From NCBI GenBank assembly GCA_964624875.1, contig CAZUZA010000001.1:50660-114659 (forward strand): 64,000 nucleotides of DNA, written 5' to 3'. Each line of letters begins with the position of its first letter. The first letter of the stretch is position 1. Shown piece by piece: positions 28,725 through 38,711 of this stretch. The notes under the pieces were generated by a model. That model saw only the letters and a list, made by a program, of their open reading frames with translations, was not told where the DNA came from and made no database searches. Source of the DNA: an uncultured Carnobacteriaceae bacterium. GTDB lineage: Bacteria > Bacillota > Bacilli > Lactobacillales > Carnobacteriaceae_A. A program made the position numbers and the translations under genes.

Positions 28725-28750
28725 AAAAGAGTACCGTAAGATACTCTTTT
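28725..28750 (-). terminator. sigA intrinsic terminator
   Basis: AAAAGAGTA-CCGTAAGA-TACTCTTTT. Confidence 0.75.
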
Positions 28751-28762
28751 AACCATTTATTT

Positions 28763-29881
28763 TTATTCTAAAAAGTCTTTCAATTGTTTTGAACGACTCG
28801 GGTGACGTAACTTTCTCAAAGCTTTCGCTTCAATCTGACGAATACGCTCACGTGTAACACCGAAAACTTTTCCTACATCTTCTAATGTGCGGTTACGACC
28901 ATCGTCTAAACCAAATCTTAAGCGTAAGACGTTTTCTTCACGGTCAGTTAATGTTTCTAATACGTCTTCAAGTTCTTCTCTTAACATTTGATACGAAGCA
29001 TTATCTTCAGGATCTAGTGCCTCTCCATCTTCAATAAAATCACCTAAGTGTGAGTCGTTTTCTTCTCCAATAGGTGTTTCTAATGAAACCGGGTCTTGAG
29101 AAATATTGATAATGTTACGAACTTTTTCAGTTGGTAAATCCATTTCTGCACCAATTTCTTCTGGTGTTGGTTCACGACCTAAATCTTGTAGCAATGAACG
29201 TTGAACGCGTACTAATTTATTAATCGTTTCAACCATGTGTACCGGAATACGAATTGTTCTCGCCTGGTCCGCAATGGCACGTGTAATTGCTTGACGTATC
29301 CACCAAGTTGCATAAGTTGAGAACTTAAAGCCTTTTTTGTAATCGAATTTCGTTACTGCTTTCATTAACCCCATGTTACCTTCTTGGATTAAATCTAAAA
29401 AGCTCATTCCTCGACCGACGTAACGCTTCGCAATCGAAACAACTAAACGTAAGTTAGCACTTGCTAGTTCATCTTTAGCACTTGAGTCACCAGCTTCAAT
29501 ACGTTTCGCTAGTTCAACCTCTTCAGTTGCAGATAATAATTCAACTCGACCAATCTCTTTTAAATACATTCTAACTGGGTCGTTAATCTTTACCCCTGGT
29601 GGAGCAACTAATTGGTCAGCTCGAGCTTCTTTTACAGTTATTTCTTGTTCTTCTACTTGCTTCGTTAACGGATCACCATCTTCGTCAACGACACCAATAC
29701 CTTCATCTTCCAATTTTTGGATTAATTCATCCATCGCTTTATCATCTAATTGGTAAGGATTAGCTAATTTATCACTCAGCTCAACATAAGATATCGTTTC
29801 TTTTCCAAGAAATTTCGTTTCGTCAATGAGTTCCTTGCGCGCTGTCTTATAACTTTTATTTGTTCCTGGAGCTTCTGCCAT
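28763..29881 (-). CDS. sigA: RNA polymerase primary sigma factor SigA/RpoD
   Basis: [53 protein letters not shown] and [17 protein letters not shown] motifs; start at 29881 from the GGAGG RBS. Confidence 0.99.
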   Translation of the reverse strand: MAEAPGTNKSYKTARKELIDETKFLGKETISYVELSDKLANPYQLDDKAMDELIQKLEDEGIGVVDEDGDPLTKQVEEQEITVKEARADQLVAPPGVKINDPVRMYLKEIGRVELLSATEEVELAKRIEAGDSSAKDELASANLRLVVSIAKRYVGRGMSFLDLIQEGNMGLMKAVTKFDYKKGFKFSTYATWWIRQAITRAIADQARTIRIPVHMVETINKLVRVQRSLLQDLGREPTPEEIGAEMDLPTEKVRNIINISQDPVSLETPIGEENDSHLGDFIEDGEALDPEDNASYQMLREELEDVLETLTDREENVLRLRFGLDDGRNRTLEDVGKVFGVTRERIRQIEAKALRKLRHPSRSKQLKDFLE

Positions 29882-29910
29882 AAGATTATTGCCTCCCATT
29901 AATATTCATT

Positions 29911-31800
29911 CTATTCTTTGTTACCATTTTTTAACTTTTTGTTTAAGTTAATGATTTCAATTACTAACTCTTGTTGCCTTAAAGAATTCCCTAAACGTTG
30001 AGCATCTTTCAACTCTTCCGTTTTTTGTGCAATCGAATCTTTTACAGGTGACACATTTTTAATAACGTGTACATAATCATGCATTTCTTCTTCCGTTAAA
30101 TCGCCTAAATTGATTAAGAAAATTTCAGCAACTTTACGTTTTAAATGATCTTGCTGTAAATAATCAAGAAAGCCCTCTGTATCAGTGCTTTCAAAATCTT
30201 TCTCTCGATAGGACTCAAAAAGAATATAGATTAATTGATGGTCTTCATTTACAAATTCAAAGTCTGGATCAACTTTATTCAAGATAATCCAAGCTTCTTG
30301 ATAGTAAAAAAGACGATTTAATAACATTCTTTCTGCTTGTTCAACTAGAGTAAATTTTTGCTTATTTTCATAAGACACTTCTATTACAGGTACTTCATTT
30401 TTACGAGAACGCTGTTGTTGTCTAAGTTCAGACAATTGTTTCGCTTGAACTTGACTCATTACAACTTCAAATTGTGAATTTAACGTATCTAATGATAAGT
30501 TAAACTCTTCAGATAATTGCGATAAATAAATTTCACGTTCTACGAATGAATCAACACCCGTTAATTCAGCCAATATCTGATCGATATAAACAATTCTTTC
30601 AGATTCATTTGCTAAGTTCTTATTTCGCCGATGATACTGCATCAAAAAGCTCATATACGTGTCGCGACCATGAGTTAAAAAGTCGCTAAAGCCTTTGGCG
30701 CCATGTTTTTGAATGTAGTCATCTGGGTCTAAGCCACTAGGAAACGTCACTACTTCAAGATTGAAGTGTGTGTTGTTCGTCATAAAATTAGCTGATCGAT
30801 GGATGGCATCAAAACCTGCATCATCCCCATCAAAAGCTAACACAACTTCATTCGTAAAACGATCAAGTTGTTTAATTTGATCTTCCGTAAGACTAGTTCC
30901 CATTGAAGCTATCCCATTTTTTATTCCAGATTGCCACGCAGAGATGACATCCATATACCCTTCGAATATAATGGCTTCATTTTCGCGTCGGATAGCAGCT
31001 TTTGCTTTGTCGAAATTATATATTATCTCACTTTTGTGAAATAAGTTTGTTTCTGGTGTATTTAAATACTTCGCTGTTGGAAAATCACTGTTTTGTTCTC
31101 CAAATGTACGACCAGAAAAACCAATCGAGTGCCCACGTTCATTATGAATTGGAAATATAATACGATTAGAGAACCGATCTAGAAAGTCATTTGCTTCTGG
31201 ATTTTGATTTGTAGAAAACAAACCCGATTTCTCATAGATTTCCGTATCGAACTCCACGTCTTTTTGAGCGCTTAAGTAAAGAAATAATGCATTTCTTTGT
31301 GGGGGTGAAAACCCTAACTCAAATTCTTCTAATGTTTCTCGTGTCAATCCTCGATCGAGTAAATAGTTTAATGCGGGCTCTCCTAATTGAGTATTCATCA
31401 ATATATGATGATAAAATCGTTTCGCTAATTTATTAATATTATATAATTTCCCAGTAGTCGAATCCTCAAAATCATTTGATTGATTCAATACCTGCGAAAC
31501 CATCGATTGATCTAGCGAAAAATTCGTTAACTCAGCCGTCTTAATAATTGCTTCAGGATAAGTAAGTCCCTCAATTTCACGAATAAAGTTAAATACGTTG
31601 CCTCCTCGTCCACAACTAAAACAATAAAAGATTTGCTTTTGATCGTTTACTGAAAAGGACGGTGTTTTATCCTCGTGAAAAGGACAATGAGCAAAATGGT
31701 TTTGACCGGATTTCTTCAGCTGCAAGTATTGCGATATAACATCTACAATACTCGTACTTTGTCTGATATCATCGACTGTCGCCTCAGGAATTCGAACCAT
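29911..31800 (-). CDS. dnaG: DNA primase
   Basis: CPFHEDKTPSF...CFSC zinc finger, KYLNTPET, EGYMDV, MGTSLT, FDGD.AG and DPDD motifs; start at 31800 or 31809. Confidence 0.98.
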   Translation of the reverse strand: MVRIPEATVDDIRQSTSIVDVISQYLQLKKSGQNHFAHCPFHEDKTPSFSVNDQKQIFYCFSCGRGGNVFNFIREIEGLTYPEAIIKTAELTNFSLDQSMVSQVLNQSNDFEDSTTGKLYNINKLAKRFYHHILMNTQLGEPALNYLLDRGLTRETLEEFELGFSPPQRNALFLYLSAQKDVEFDTEIYEKSGLFSTNQNPEANDFLDRFSNRIIFPIHNERGHSIGFSGRTFGEQNSDFPTAKYLNTPETNLFHKSEIIYNFDKAKAAIRRENEAIIFEGYMDVISAWQSGIKNGIASMGTSLTEDQIKQLDRFTNEVVLAFDGDDAGFDAIHRSANFMTNNTHFNLEVVTFPSGLDPDDYIQKHGAKGFSDFLTHGRDTYMSFLMQYHRRNKNLANESERIVYIDQILAELTGVDSFVEREIYLSQLSEEFNLSLDTLNSQFEVVMSQVQAKQLSELRQQQRSRKNEVPVIEVSYENKQKFTLVEQAERMLLNRLFYYQEAWIILNKVDPDFEFVNEDHQLIYILFESYREKDFESTDTEGFLDYLQQDHLKRKVAEIFLINLGDLTEEEMHDYVHVIKNVSPVKDSIAQKTEELKDAQRLGNSLRQQELVIEIINLNKKLKNGNKE

Positions 31801-31934
31801 AATGCTCACCCTCTTTTTATAATGTTTTTATAGAAAATCTGCATACTAAGCCTAATTTTAATACGATAATCAGTATACCATTTCTAGTCAAAAAGTCAAC
31901 TTATTGACTTCGCGAACGAAACCCAATATTATCG

Positions 31935-34900
31935 TCAACTATCAATTAATAAATTTAAAATATCTTCCTTCGTTAATGAAGTGACATTTTTGTCTTCATT
32001 CGATCGAATAACGGCATCAATTAATTCACGTTTTTGCTCTTGTAACTCATTGATTCCTTCTTCAATCGTACCCTTCATAATTAAACGAATCACTTGAACT
32101 GATTTCTTCTGTCCAAAGCGATGGACTCGGTCTGCAGCTTGATCTTCAATCGCTGGGTTCCACCATGAATCATATAGAATAACCGTATCGCCACCTGTTA
32201 GATTTAGACCAGTACCCCCTGCTCTTAATGAAACTAAGAATAAATCCTTATCGCCATTGTTAAAGCGAGTGGTTAGATCGAATCGATCCTTCTTCGGTGT
32301 ACTTCCATCTAGGTAGTGATAATCCACATTGTTTTCGTCCAAAATTTGACGAATGATGTGTAACATACTCGTAAATTGAGAGAATAAAACAACACGCTTT
32401 TTATTCGTTAATGCTTCGTTTAAATATTCCATCAAGCGATCTAACTTAGCGGAACCACCATCGTAATCTTCATTAATTAAACGAGGGTCACAACAAATTT
32501 GTCGCAAACGAGTCATTCCGGCTAAGACACGCATTCTATTTTGTTCGAAACTGTCTTCTTCTATTAGTGATTCGACATCATTACGAATAAGCGATAACTG
32601 CGTTTGATATAGTCGTTTTTGTTCATCTGAAAGTTCGATAAACTCAATCGTCTCTGTCTTTGGCGGCAAGTCATCTAGTACATCCATCTTCATACGTCTT
32701 AATACAAACAAATCAATTTTTTGTGCAATTTGCTTTTCTGTTAAGTCACTGAATGATTTCTTTGTACGGAACAAACCGGGTAACACAATTGAAAAGAGTG
32801 ACCATAACTCATTTAAATTGTTTTCAATAGGTGTCCCTGATAATGCAAATATCGTATTCGCATTTAATTTTCGGACGGCTTTAGTCGTTTTAGTTGCATC
32901 ATTTTTAACGTTTTGGGATTCATCTAAAATAATCGATTGGAACTTATAGTCACGATAATATTGGATATCTCTTTGAATTAAAGGATAACTTGATATTAAA
33001 ACATCAATTTCATCATTACTTAAAGCATCTTTCAATTGCATTTCACGCTCTTCAATTGTTCCACTGATAACGACTGTGTTTGTAGATGGTCCGAACTTTT
33101 CAAATTCACGCTCCCAGTTGTAAACGACACTTGAGGGACAGATAATCAGATACTTTCCGCCTACTTTTTCAACTTTCGATAAGATGAAAGTGATGGCTTG
33201 GATCGTTTTACCTAGACCCATATCATCCGCTAAAACACCACCTAAACCATAATAATCTAACATACTCAGCCACTTAAACCCTGTCTCTTGATAAGGTCTT
33301 AATGATGCTGTTAGTGATTGAGGGACATTAAATTTTAAATGACTCGGTTCTTTTAACTCTTTCACAAAGCCTTCGAACTCTTCGCCTATATTAACCGATT
33401 CATCTTGCAGAACAGATAATCCTCGGAATAGAGAAACAGACGAATCTGCTCGAACTTCACTTGGATTTAAATCCATTGTTTTAATATTTGAAGAAAAGTT
33501 TTGGAATTTATCTTCTTTTAAGTCAATTATTCTACCCGAATTTAACTGGAAGAAGCGATCATCTGATCGTTGTAATGCCTGTACCAATTGTGGCAGCTCA
33601 TCATCCGTTACATCAGTCACGTCGAAGCGAATGTCTAATAAATTAGACGATCGGTTCATTTCAATCGATATGCTTGGTGATGCATCTGGGTGATAGATAA
33701 TATTTTGAGCATCTTTAGTCAGATAAACATTCATTAATTCAGATAATTCTGTTAATGAATCATAGATAAAAATACTAATAGCATCTAAAGAATCTAAAAT
33801 ATATTGCCCATCTTTAATTTTATTTCGTCTAAAATAATGTGAAAGCACGTTCATCATTTCTTGCTCATTAAATACATCTCGAATAAACATTTGAGTTTGC
33901 TCTTCTAGCTGCTTAGAAGTATCGTCTTGACTATTATCTAATGGGTAAATTTCAACGTCATCATATTTGAAGACAGGTTTTACCAATAAGTCTTTATGAT
34001 TGTAATCAATATACAACTCCGGTTTTAATGGGATACTTCTTATTTTGTTCTCAATGTCTTCATCAATTTCATATTCAAATATTTCTTTTAACGATGGCAA
34101 AATCAATGAGTAAAATGACGTCAAATCACTCTCAGTTAATTGTAAAGGATTCTCAGTCATACTCTTCATCGTATCAATCAGTAAACTTGCCTTATTGAAA
34201 TGAGAAGCATCCATCACATAAAACGTTGAGTCAATACTAATCATATTAGCTGATGGGTGTACTCGTATTTGTTTCTTTTTATCTTCTTCACTTATATCTA
34301 AAAGATAATGCTCCTTCTCCTGGATTACTTTAAACGTAACAGGAATTTTCTCGTCTTCTTCTGCAATCGTCGGTGATACTAATTGATTAATTGAACTTAG
34401 TAACTTTGGTGGTGGTGCTATACGTACAAAGCCTCCATCAATCGCTGACAAGTATTCGACTAAGTTCGGTACATGATTTGGTGGAATGGACATCGAACCA
34501 CTTGAATTCGCTGTGTACTGTCCATAAACCATATTAATTGTTTCTTGTTGAATTTTACCAATGTCGTAAATGTAAGATAATATTTTTCTTTCATCCGGAA
34601 GAATCCCATTTGTTTCAGGTGAATACGTTAATTGTTTCCCGAACATATATGGTTTCCCATTTAGTAAATGATGCAATACTTCCATAATATCTTTTACAAC
34701 ATATAAATGTTCTTCCCCTACCTTTAAATATAATTCATATTCAAAAGCATCTTGTATCGCAAACATATTTAAGACAATTTCAAATTGAAGAAATTGTTTA
34801 CTAAAAGAAATCGTCTGTAACTGAATATCCTTTTTCGCTTCCTCAAATAAGTTGTTTAGTATGTTTCTATTTTTTCGAATAAGTTGTAATTGAGTGCTTG

Positions 34901-35249
34901 GTGCATCGATATCTTGTATCTCTTGATCGTTTATCGAATTAAACGCATCTTGATTAAACGTATTTAATTGCAACATACTTGCGATAACGTGTCGACATGC
35001 TCCTGATTGCTTCTGGAAGTCTATACAATCGCAAGAATATTTCTGAGCCAAACCATTTTCCAAAAAACTAAAATATGTTTTCTGTTTTTGTTCATCGTAT
35101 ACAGTAATTTCTACTGACCGATTTTTTTCATTTAATTCTAAATCGCGAATTAATTTTTTTAGAAAAAGGTCCGTTCCTTGATTATATACTGCTTGATTCG
35201 TAGCTAGTGATTTAATTGTTGCTTCTGGAAAAAACTGTTTTTTAAACAA
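31935..35249 (-). CDS. SNF2-family helicase with N-terminal SWIM zinc finger
   Basis: SCDC......GACRHVIA SWIM; LRPYQ, LADDMGLGKT, DESQ, LSGTPIEN, LRQICC, FSQF, GGTGLNLT and WWNPA.EDQA.DR motifs. Confidence 0.93.
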   Translation of the reverse strand: MFKKQFFPEATIKSLATNQAVYNQGTDLFLKKLIRDLELNEKNRSVEITVYDEQKQKTYFSFLENGLAQKYSCDCIDFQKQSGACRHVIASMLQLNTFNQDAFNSINDQEIQDIDAPSTQLQLIRKNRNILNNLFEEAKKDIQLQTISFSKQFLQFEIVLNMFAIQDAFEYELYLKVGEEHLYVVKDIMEVLHHLLNGKPYMFGKQLTYSPETNGILPDERKILSYIYDIGKIQQETINMVYGQYTANSSGSMSIPPNHVPNLVEYLSAIDGGFVRIAPPPKLLSSINQLVSPTIAEEDEKIPVTFKVIQEKEHYLLDISEEDKKKQIRVHPSANMISIDSTFYVMDASHFNKASLLIDTMKSMTENPLQLTESDLTSFYSLILPSLKEIFEYEIDEDIENKIRSIPLKPELYIDYNHKDLLVKPVFKYDDVEIYPLDNSQDDTSKQLEEQTQMFIRDVFNEQEMMNVLSHYFRRNKIKDGQYILDSLDAISIFIYDSLTELSELMNVYLTKDAQNIIYHPDASPSISIEMNRSSNLLDIRFDVTDVTDDELPQLVQALQRSDDRFFQLNSGRIIDLKEDKFQNFSSNIKTMDLNPSEVRADSSVSLFRGLSVLQDESVNIGEEFEGFVKELKEPSHLKFNVPQSLTASLRPYQETGFKWLSMLDYYGLGGVLADDMGLGKTIQAITFILSKVEKVGGKYLIICPSSVVYNWEREFEKFGPSTNTVVISGTIEEREMQLKDALSNDEIDVLISSYPLIQRDIQYYRDYKFQSIILDESQNVKNDATKTTKAVRKLNANTIFALSGTPIENNLNELWSLFSIVLPGLFRTKKSFSDLTEKQIAQKIDLFVLRRMKMDVLDDLPPKTETIEFIELSDEQKRLYQTQLSLIRNDVESLIEEDSFEQNRMRVLAGMTRLRQICCDPRLINEDYDGGSAKLDRLMEYLNEALTNKKRVVLFSQFTSMLHIIRQILDENNVDYHYLDGSTPKKDRFDLTTRFNNGDKDLFLVSLRAGGTGLNLTGGDTVILYDSWWNPAIEDQAADRVHRFGQKKSVQVIRLIMKGTIEEGINELQEQKRELIDAVIRSNEDKNVTSLTKEDILNLLIDS

Positions 35250-35364
35250 ATACTTCAGTCCTTCTTAACCTTTTTGTTTCTATCGACTTATTATAACAAA
35301 TTTTGGCGATCATTTCACACAAATTGAAAAATCACTTGAGTTTCCCCAAGTGACCTTCTTTTTT

Positions 35365-37446
35365 CTATATAACAAGTTGACTGAAATCAGCAAAATATTT
35401 AGCCGTATTTGCTAAATGGCTTAATAACGTTAAGCGATTTTCTTTAACTTTCTCATCGTCAACCATGACCATGTTGTTATCGTAAAATGCTGTAATGTGT
35501 GGACTTACTTGGGCTAACAAATCGTATAAATCTTTTGCACGAATAGTTTCCGTTAATTTTTGTTCTAGTTGTTCAATTTCTACAACGAGCCGCTTCTCTG
35601 TCTCAGTCTCAAGTAAGTCTGAAGCAATTGAAACTACATTAGTTTGTTTTTTCGTCATATTAATTACACGCGTAATAGATTCAACCACTTCTTTAAATGC
35701 CTCTGTGGACTTTTGTTCTTCAAGAACTTGAGCAACTTCTAAGTTCCAAGTGACATTATGATTGTTTGAACCTAATGCTGCTTGACGAATGTCATGTGGA
35801 ATATTATATTCTGCTTGCATCAATTGTTCTAATCGATCTTTAATAAAGGCTATTAAAGCACGCATATTCTCTTCTAATTTTTCTTCACGATCAGCTGGTA
35901 CTTGACTAGCTTCCACTAAATCATTTAATAAGTCTTCTAAATCAACCGTGCTTTGGTTTAGTTCTAATAAGATACGAACCACACCAATCGCTTGTCTTCT
36001 TAACGCATATGGGTCATTTGAACCTGTTGGAATTAAATCAACAGAGAAGAATTGAATCAATGCATCTAACTTATCGATTAAAGCAATAAACAAACCGAGT
36101 TTCGTCTCAGGCAATACCCCTTTAACCGAAGATGGTAAATACTGCTCACCAATAGCTACTGAAACAGCTTCGCTTTCATTTCTATCAGCAGCATAAATCG
36201 CACCAATTGTTGCTTGAAGGGTTGGGAACTCATCAACCACTTGTGTCACAAGGTCAAACTTGTAGATTTCAGTGAGACGCGTTAAATCTTCAACTTCAGT
36301 ATCTGATAAATCAAAGTACTTCGCTAATACAGGTACCATATTTGTACCACGAACTTGTCTATCGTAAATCGCACCTAATTTTTCATGATATTTAATATGT
36401 TTTAATTTATCAACAAATGTTGCTATATCTGTTTTTTGGTCTTCTTCATAGAAGAACATAGAATCTGCTAAACGTGCTGTCAGTACTTTTTCATTTCCAC
36501 GAGCAATGTTTTCAATATGCTCTTCATTTCCATTACGAACAGCAATGAAATAAGGCAATATTTCTTCAGCTGTATCGTTACTTCTTACCGGGAAATAACG
36601 TTGGTGGTCTTTCATCGATGTTTCTAGCACGACATCTGGAACTGTTAAATAGCTCTCTTCATATGCACCGTAAAATGCTGTTGGGTATTCAACTAAGTCG
36701 GTTACTTCTTCTAATAAATCTGCATGCTCCGTTGGTACAAGCCAATTCTTCTCTTCACAAAGTGTCTGAATTTGCTGAACAATCATTTCTTGACGTTTGG
36801 CACGGTCAGCAATAACATACTCAGCTTCTAAACGTGATTCATATTCATCCGGATGACTCAATTCAATGCTTTCACCTAAGAAGCGATGACCTTCTGTCTG
36901 CTTTCCAGTTGATACTTCAAAAACATCAAACGGAACAACTGTTTCGTCTAATAAAGCAACGATCCAGTGAATTGGACGAACGTATTGGTAGTTTGTCGTG
37001 CCCCACTTCATATTTTTAGGGAACTCAATTTTTTCAATGACTGAAGCTAAACCTTGTAAAATGTCACTCGCTGGTTTACCTTCGATAAATTTTTCGATGT
37101 AAACATATGGTTCGCCATCTTCATCTTTAATAATTAAATCATCGACCGTTCCACCTTGACCTCTTGAGAAACCGATCGCGGCTTTTGACCAGTTGCCTTC
37201 TTCATCTTGGGCAATTCTTTTCGCTGGTCCACGGACAGTTAATTCTTCATCCGCTTGCTTTTCTTCTAAACCGTCAATTTTTACTGCAAAACGTCTTGGT
37301 GTGGAAAATCCTACTATACTTTCAAAACCTAAGTTCATTTCACCCAAAAAGGCTTTTGTTTTTTCAACTAATTGTTGTTCAGCACTTAAGACGACGTGTG
37401 CCGGCATATCTTCTAAACCAACTTCTAATAAAAATGTATGTGTCAT
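35365..37446 (-). CDS. glyS: Glycine--tRNA ligase beta subunit
   Basis: LLEVGLEDMPA, TPRR, VRPIHW, GHRF, LVEYP, HQRYF, ARLAD and PTGSNDPYALRR motifs. Confidence 0.98.
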   Translation of the reverse strand: MTHTFLLEVGLEDMPAHVVLSAEQQLVEKTKAFLGEMNLGFESIVGFSTPRRFAVKIDGLEEKQADEELTVRGPAKRIAQDEEGNWSKAAIGFSRGQGGTVDDLIIKDEDGEPYVYIEKFIEGKPASDILQGLASVIEKIEFPKNMKWGTTNYQYVRPIHWIVALLDETVVPFDVFEVSTGKQTEGHRFLGESIELSHPDEYESRLEAEYVIADRAKRQEMIVQQIQTLCEEKNWLVPTEHADLLEEVTDLVEYPTAFYGAYEESYLTVPDVVLETSMKDHQRYFPVRSNDTAEEILPYFIAVRNGNEEHIENIARGNEKVLTARLADSMFFYEEDQKTDIATFVDKLKHIKYHEKLGAIYDRQVRGTNMVPVLAKYFDLSDTEVEDLTRLTEIYKFDLVTQVVDEFPTLQATIGAIYAADRNESEAVSVAIGEQYLPSSVKGVLPETKLGLFIALIDKLDALIQFFSVDLIPTGSNDPYALRRQAIGVVRILLELNQSTVDLEDLLNDLVEASQVPADREEKLEENMRALIAFIKDRLEQLMQAEYNIPHDIRQAALGSNNHNVTWNLEVAQVLEEQKSTEAFKEVVESITRVINMTKKQTNVVSIASDLLETETEKRLVVEIEQLEQKLTETIRAKDLYDLLAQVSPHITAFYDNNMVMVDDEKVKENRLTLLSHLANTAKYFADFSQLVI

Positions 37447-38379
37447 TTATTTGACCTCCGCTTCTAATCCGTATTTCTCGACCCATTTGTCTGTTTCTTC
37501 TTTTAATAATGGGAAATCTAATTTTGCACGTTCATTTAAGAAAGCTTTCGCGATATTTCTAGCCATTGTTCGGATTCTTGCTAAGTAAGCTGGGCGATCA
37601 GTTGCTGATATCGCGCCTCTTGCATCGATTAAGTTAAAGACATGGCTACATTTTAGAACATAGTCGTAACCTGGATGAACAAGTCCTTTAGCAATGAGTT
37701 TTGTCGCTTCTTTTTCGTATAGATCTAATAAGTTAAATAATAAATCTAAATCGCTCTCGTCAAATGAATAAACTGAGTGCTCGTATTCTGGCTCTTTGAA
37801 AATTTCGCCATACTTCACACCTTCTGTCCACTCAAGGTCATACACATCTTCTACATCTTGGATATAAGATGCTAGACGTTCTAATCCATATGTTAACTCG
37901 GCCGTTACCGAATCAACTTCTAGCCCGCCTACTTGTTGGAAATAAGTAAACTGCGTAACTTCCATTCCATTCAGCCAAACTTCCCAACCTAAACCAGCAC
38001 AACCTAATGATGGGTTCTCCCAGTTGTCCTCAACAAAACGAATATCATGCTCTAGAGGATTAATCCCTAAGGCAATTAAACTATTTAAATATAGTTCTTG
38101 AATATTTTTTGGTGAAGGTTTCATTACCACCTGAAATTGATGATGTTGGTAAAGTCTGTTTGGATTCTCACCGTAGCGTCCGTCGGCAGGTCTTCTTGAT
38201 GGCTCAACATAGGCTGCACTCCAAGGTTCTGGTCCTAATGAACGTAAAAATGTATAAGGACTCATTGTTCCAGCCCCTTTTTCTGTATCATAAGCCTGCA
38301 TTAATAAACAGTTTTGATCGGCCCAATAATTTTGTAGCGTTAATATAATTTCTTGAAACGTTAAAGGTTTCTTTGTCAT
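37447..38379 (-). CDS. glyQ: Glycine--tRNA ligase alpha subunit
   Basis: [48 protein letters not shown] and YGLERL motifs. Confidence 0.99.
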   Translation of the reverse strand: MTKKPLTFQEIILTLQNYWADQNCLLMQAYDTEKGAGTMSPYTFLRSLGPEPWSAAYVEPSRRPADGRYGENPNRLYQHHQFQVVMKPSPKNIQELYLNSLIALGINPLEHDIRFVEDNWENPSLGCAGLGWEVWLNGMEVTQFTYFQQVGGLEVDSVTAELTYGLERLASYIQDVEDVYDLEWTEGVKYGEIFKEPEYEHSVYSFDESDLDLLFNLLDLYEKEATKLIAKGLVHPGYDYVLKCSHVFNLIDARGAISATDRPAYLARIRTMARNIAKAFLNERAKLDFPLLKEETDKWVEKYGLEAEVK

Positions 38380-38397
38380 GTTTTCACTCCTTAAATA

Positions 38398-38612
38398 CTA
38401 AAAAACTCGTCCCTATACTGACTGTTATCCAATCAGTATAGGGACGAGTTCTTCGCGGTTCCACCCTACTTCTAATGAATATTCTTTATCCATTAGCACT
38501 TTTTACACACTTGATTAACCATATGGTGCCTTTCAATACACAATTCAGTTTGGCTCTCACTATCCCAAACTCGCTTTGTAAAAAGAATGTATTTACTTCT
38601 CCATACTTAATT
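38398..38612 (-). ncRNA. T-box riboswitch (Gly) with terminator, leader of glyQS
   Basis: Minus-strand T-box AAGUAGGGUGGAACCGCG; Stem I with AGCGA and AGUGAGA motifs; specifier GAAA-GGC-A (GGC at 38530-38528); long terminator ACUCGUCCCUAUACUGA...UCAGUAUAGGGACGAGUUUUUU. Confidence 0.95.
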
Positions 38613-38618
38613 GCTTCT

Positions 38619-38647
38619 ATCATACACTTTTCTTTTCATTTTATCAA
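38619..38647 (-). promoter_or_regulatory. SigA-type promoter of the glyQS leader
   Basis: TTGATA-N17-TATGAT immediately upstream of T-box Stem I. Confidence 0.7.
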
Positions 38648-38711
38648 TTATCTTTTTATGAATGAAATAAGAAACAGCAACCAAAATTGGCTGCTGCTCG
38701 TCATTCATATG

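Noticed and set aside
31935-35249. SNF2 helicase as part of an anti-phage system
   Set aside because: No adjacent methylase, nuclease, PLD or other defence genes; it is flanked by core genes.
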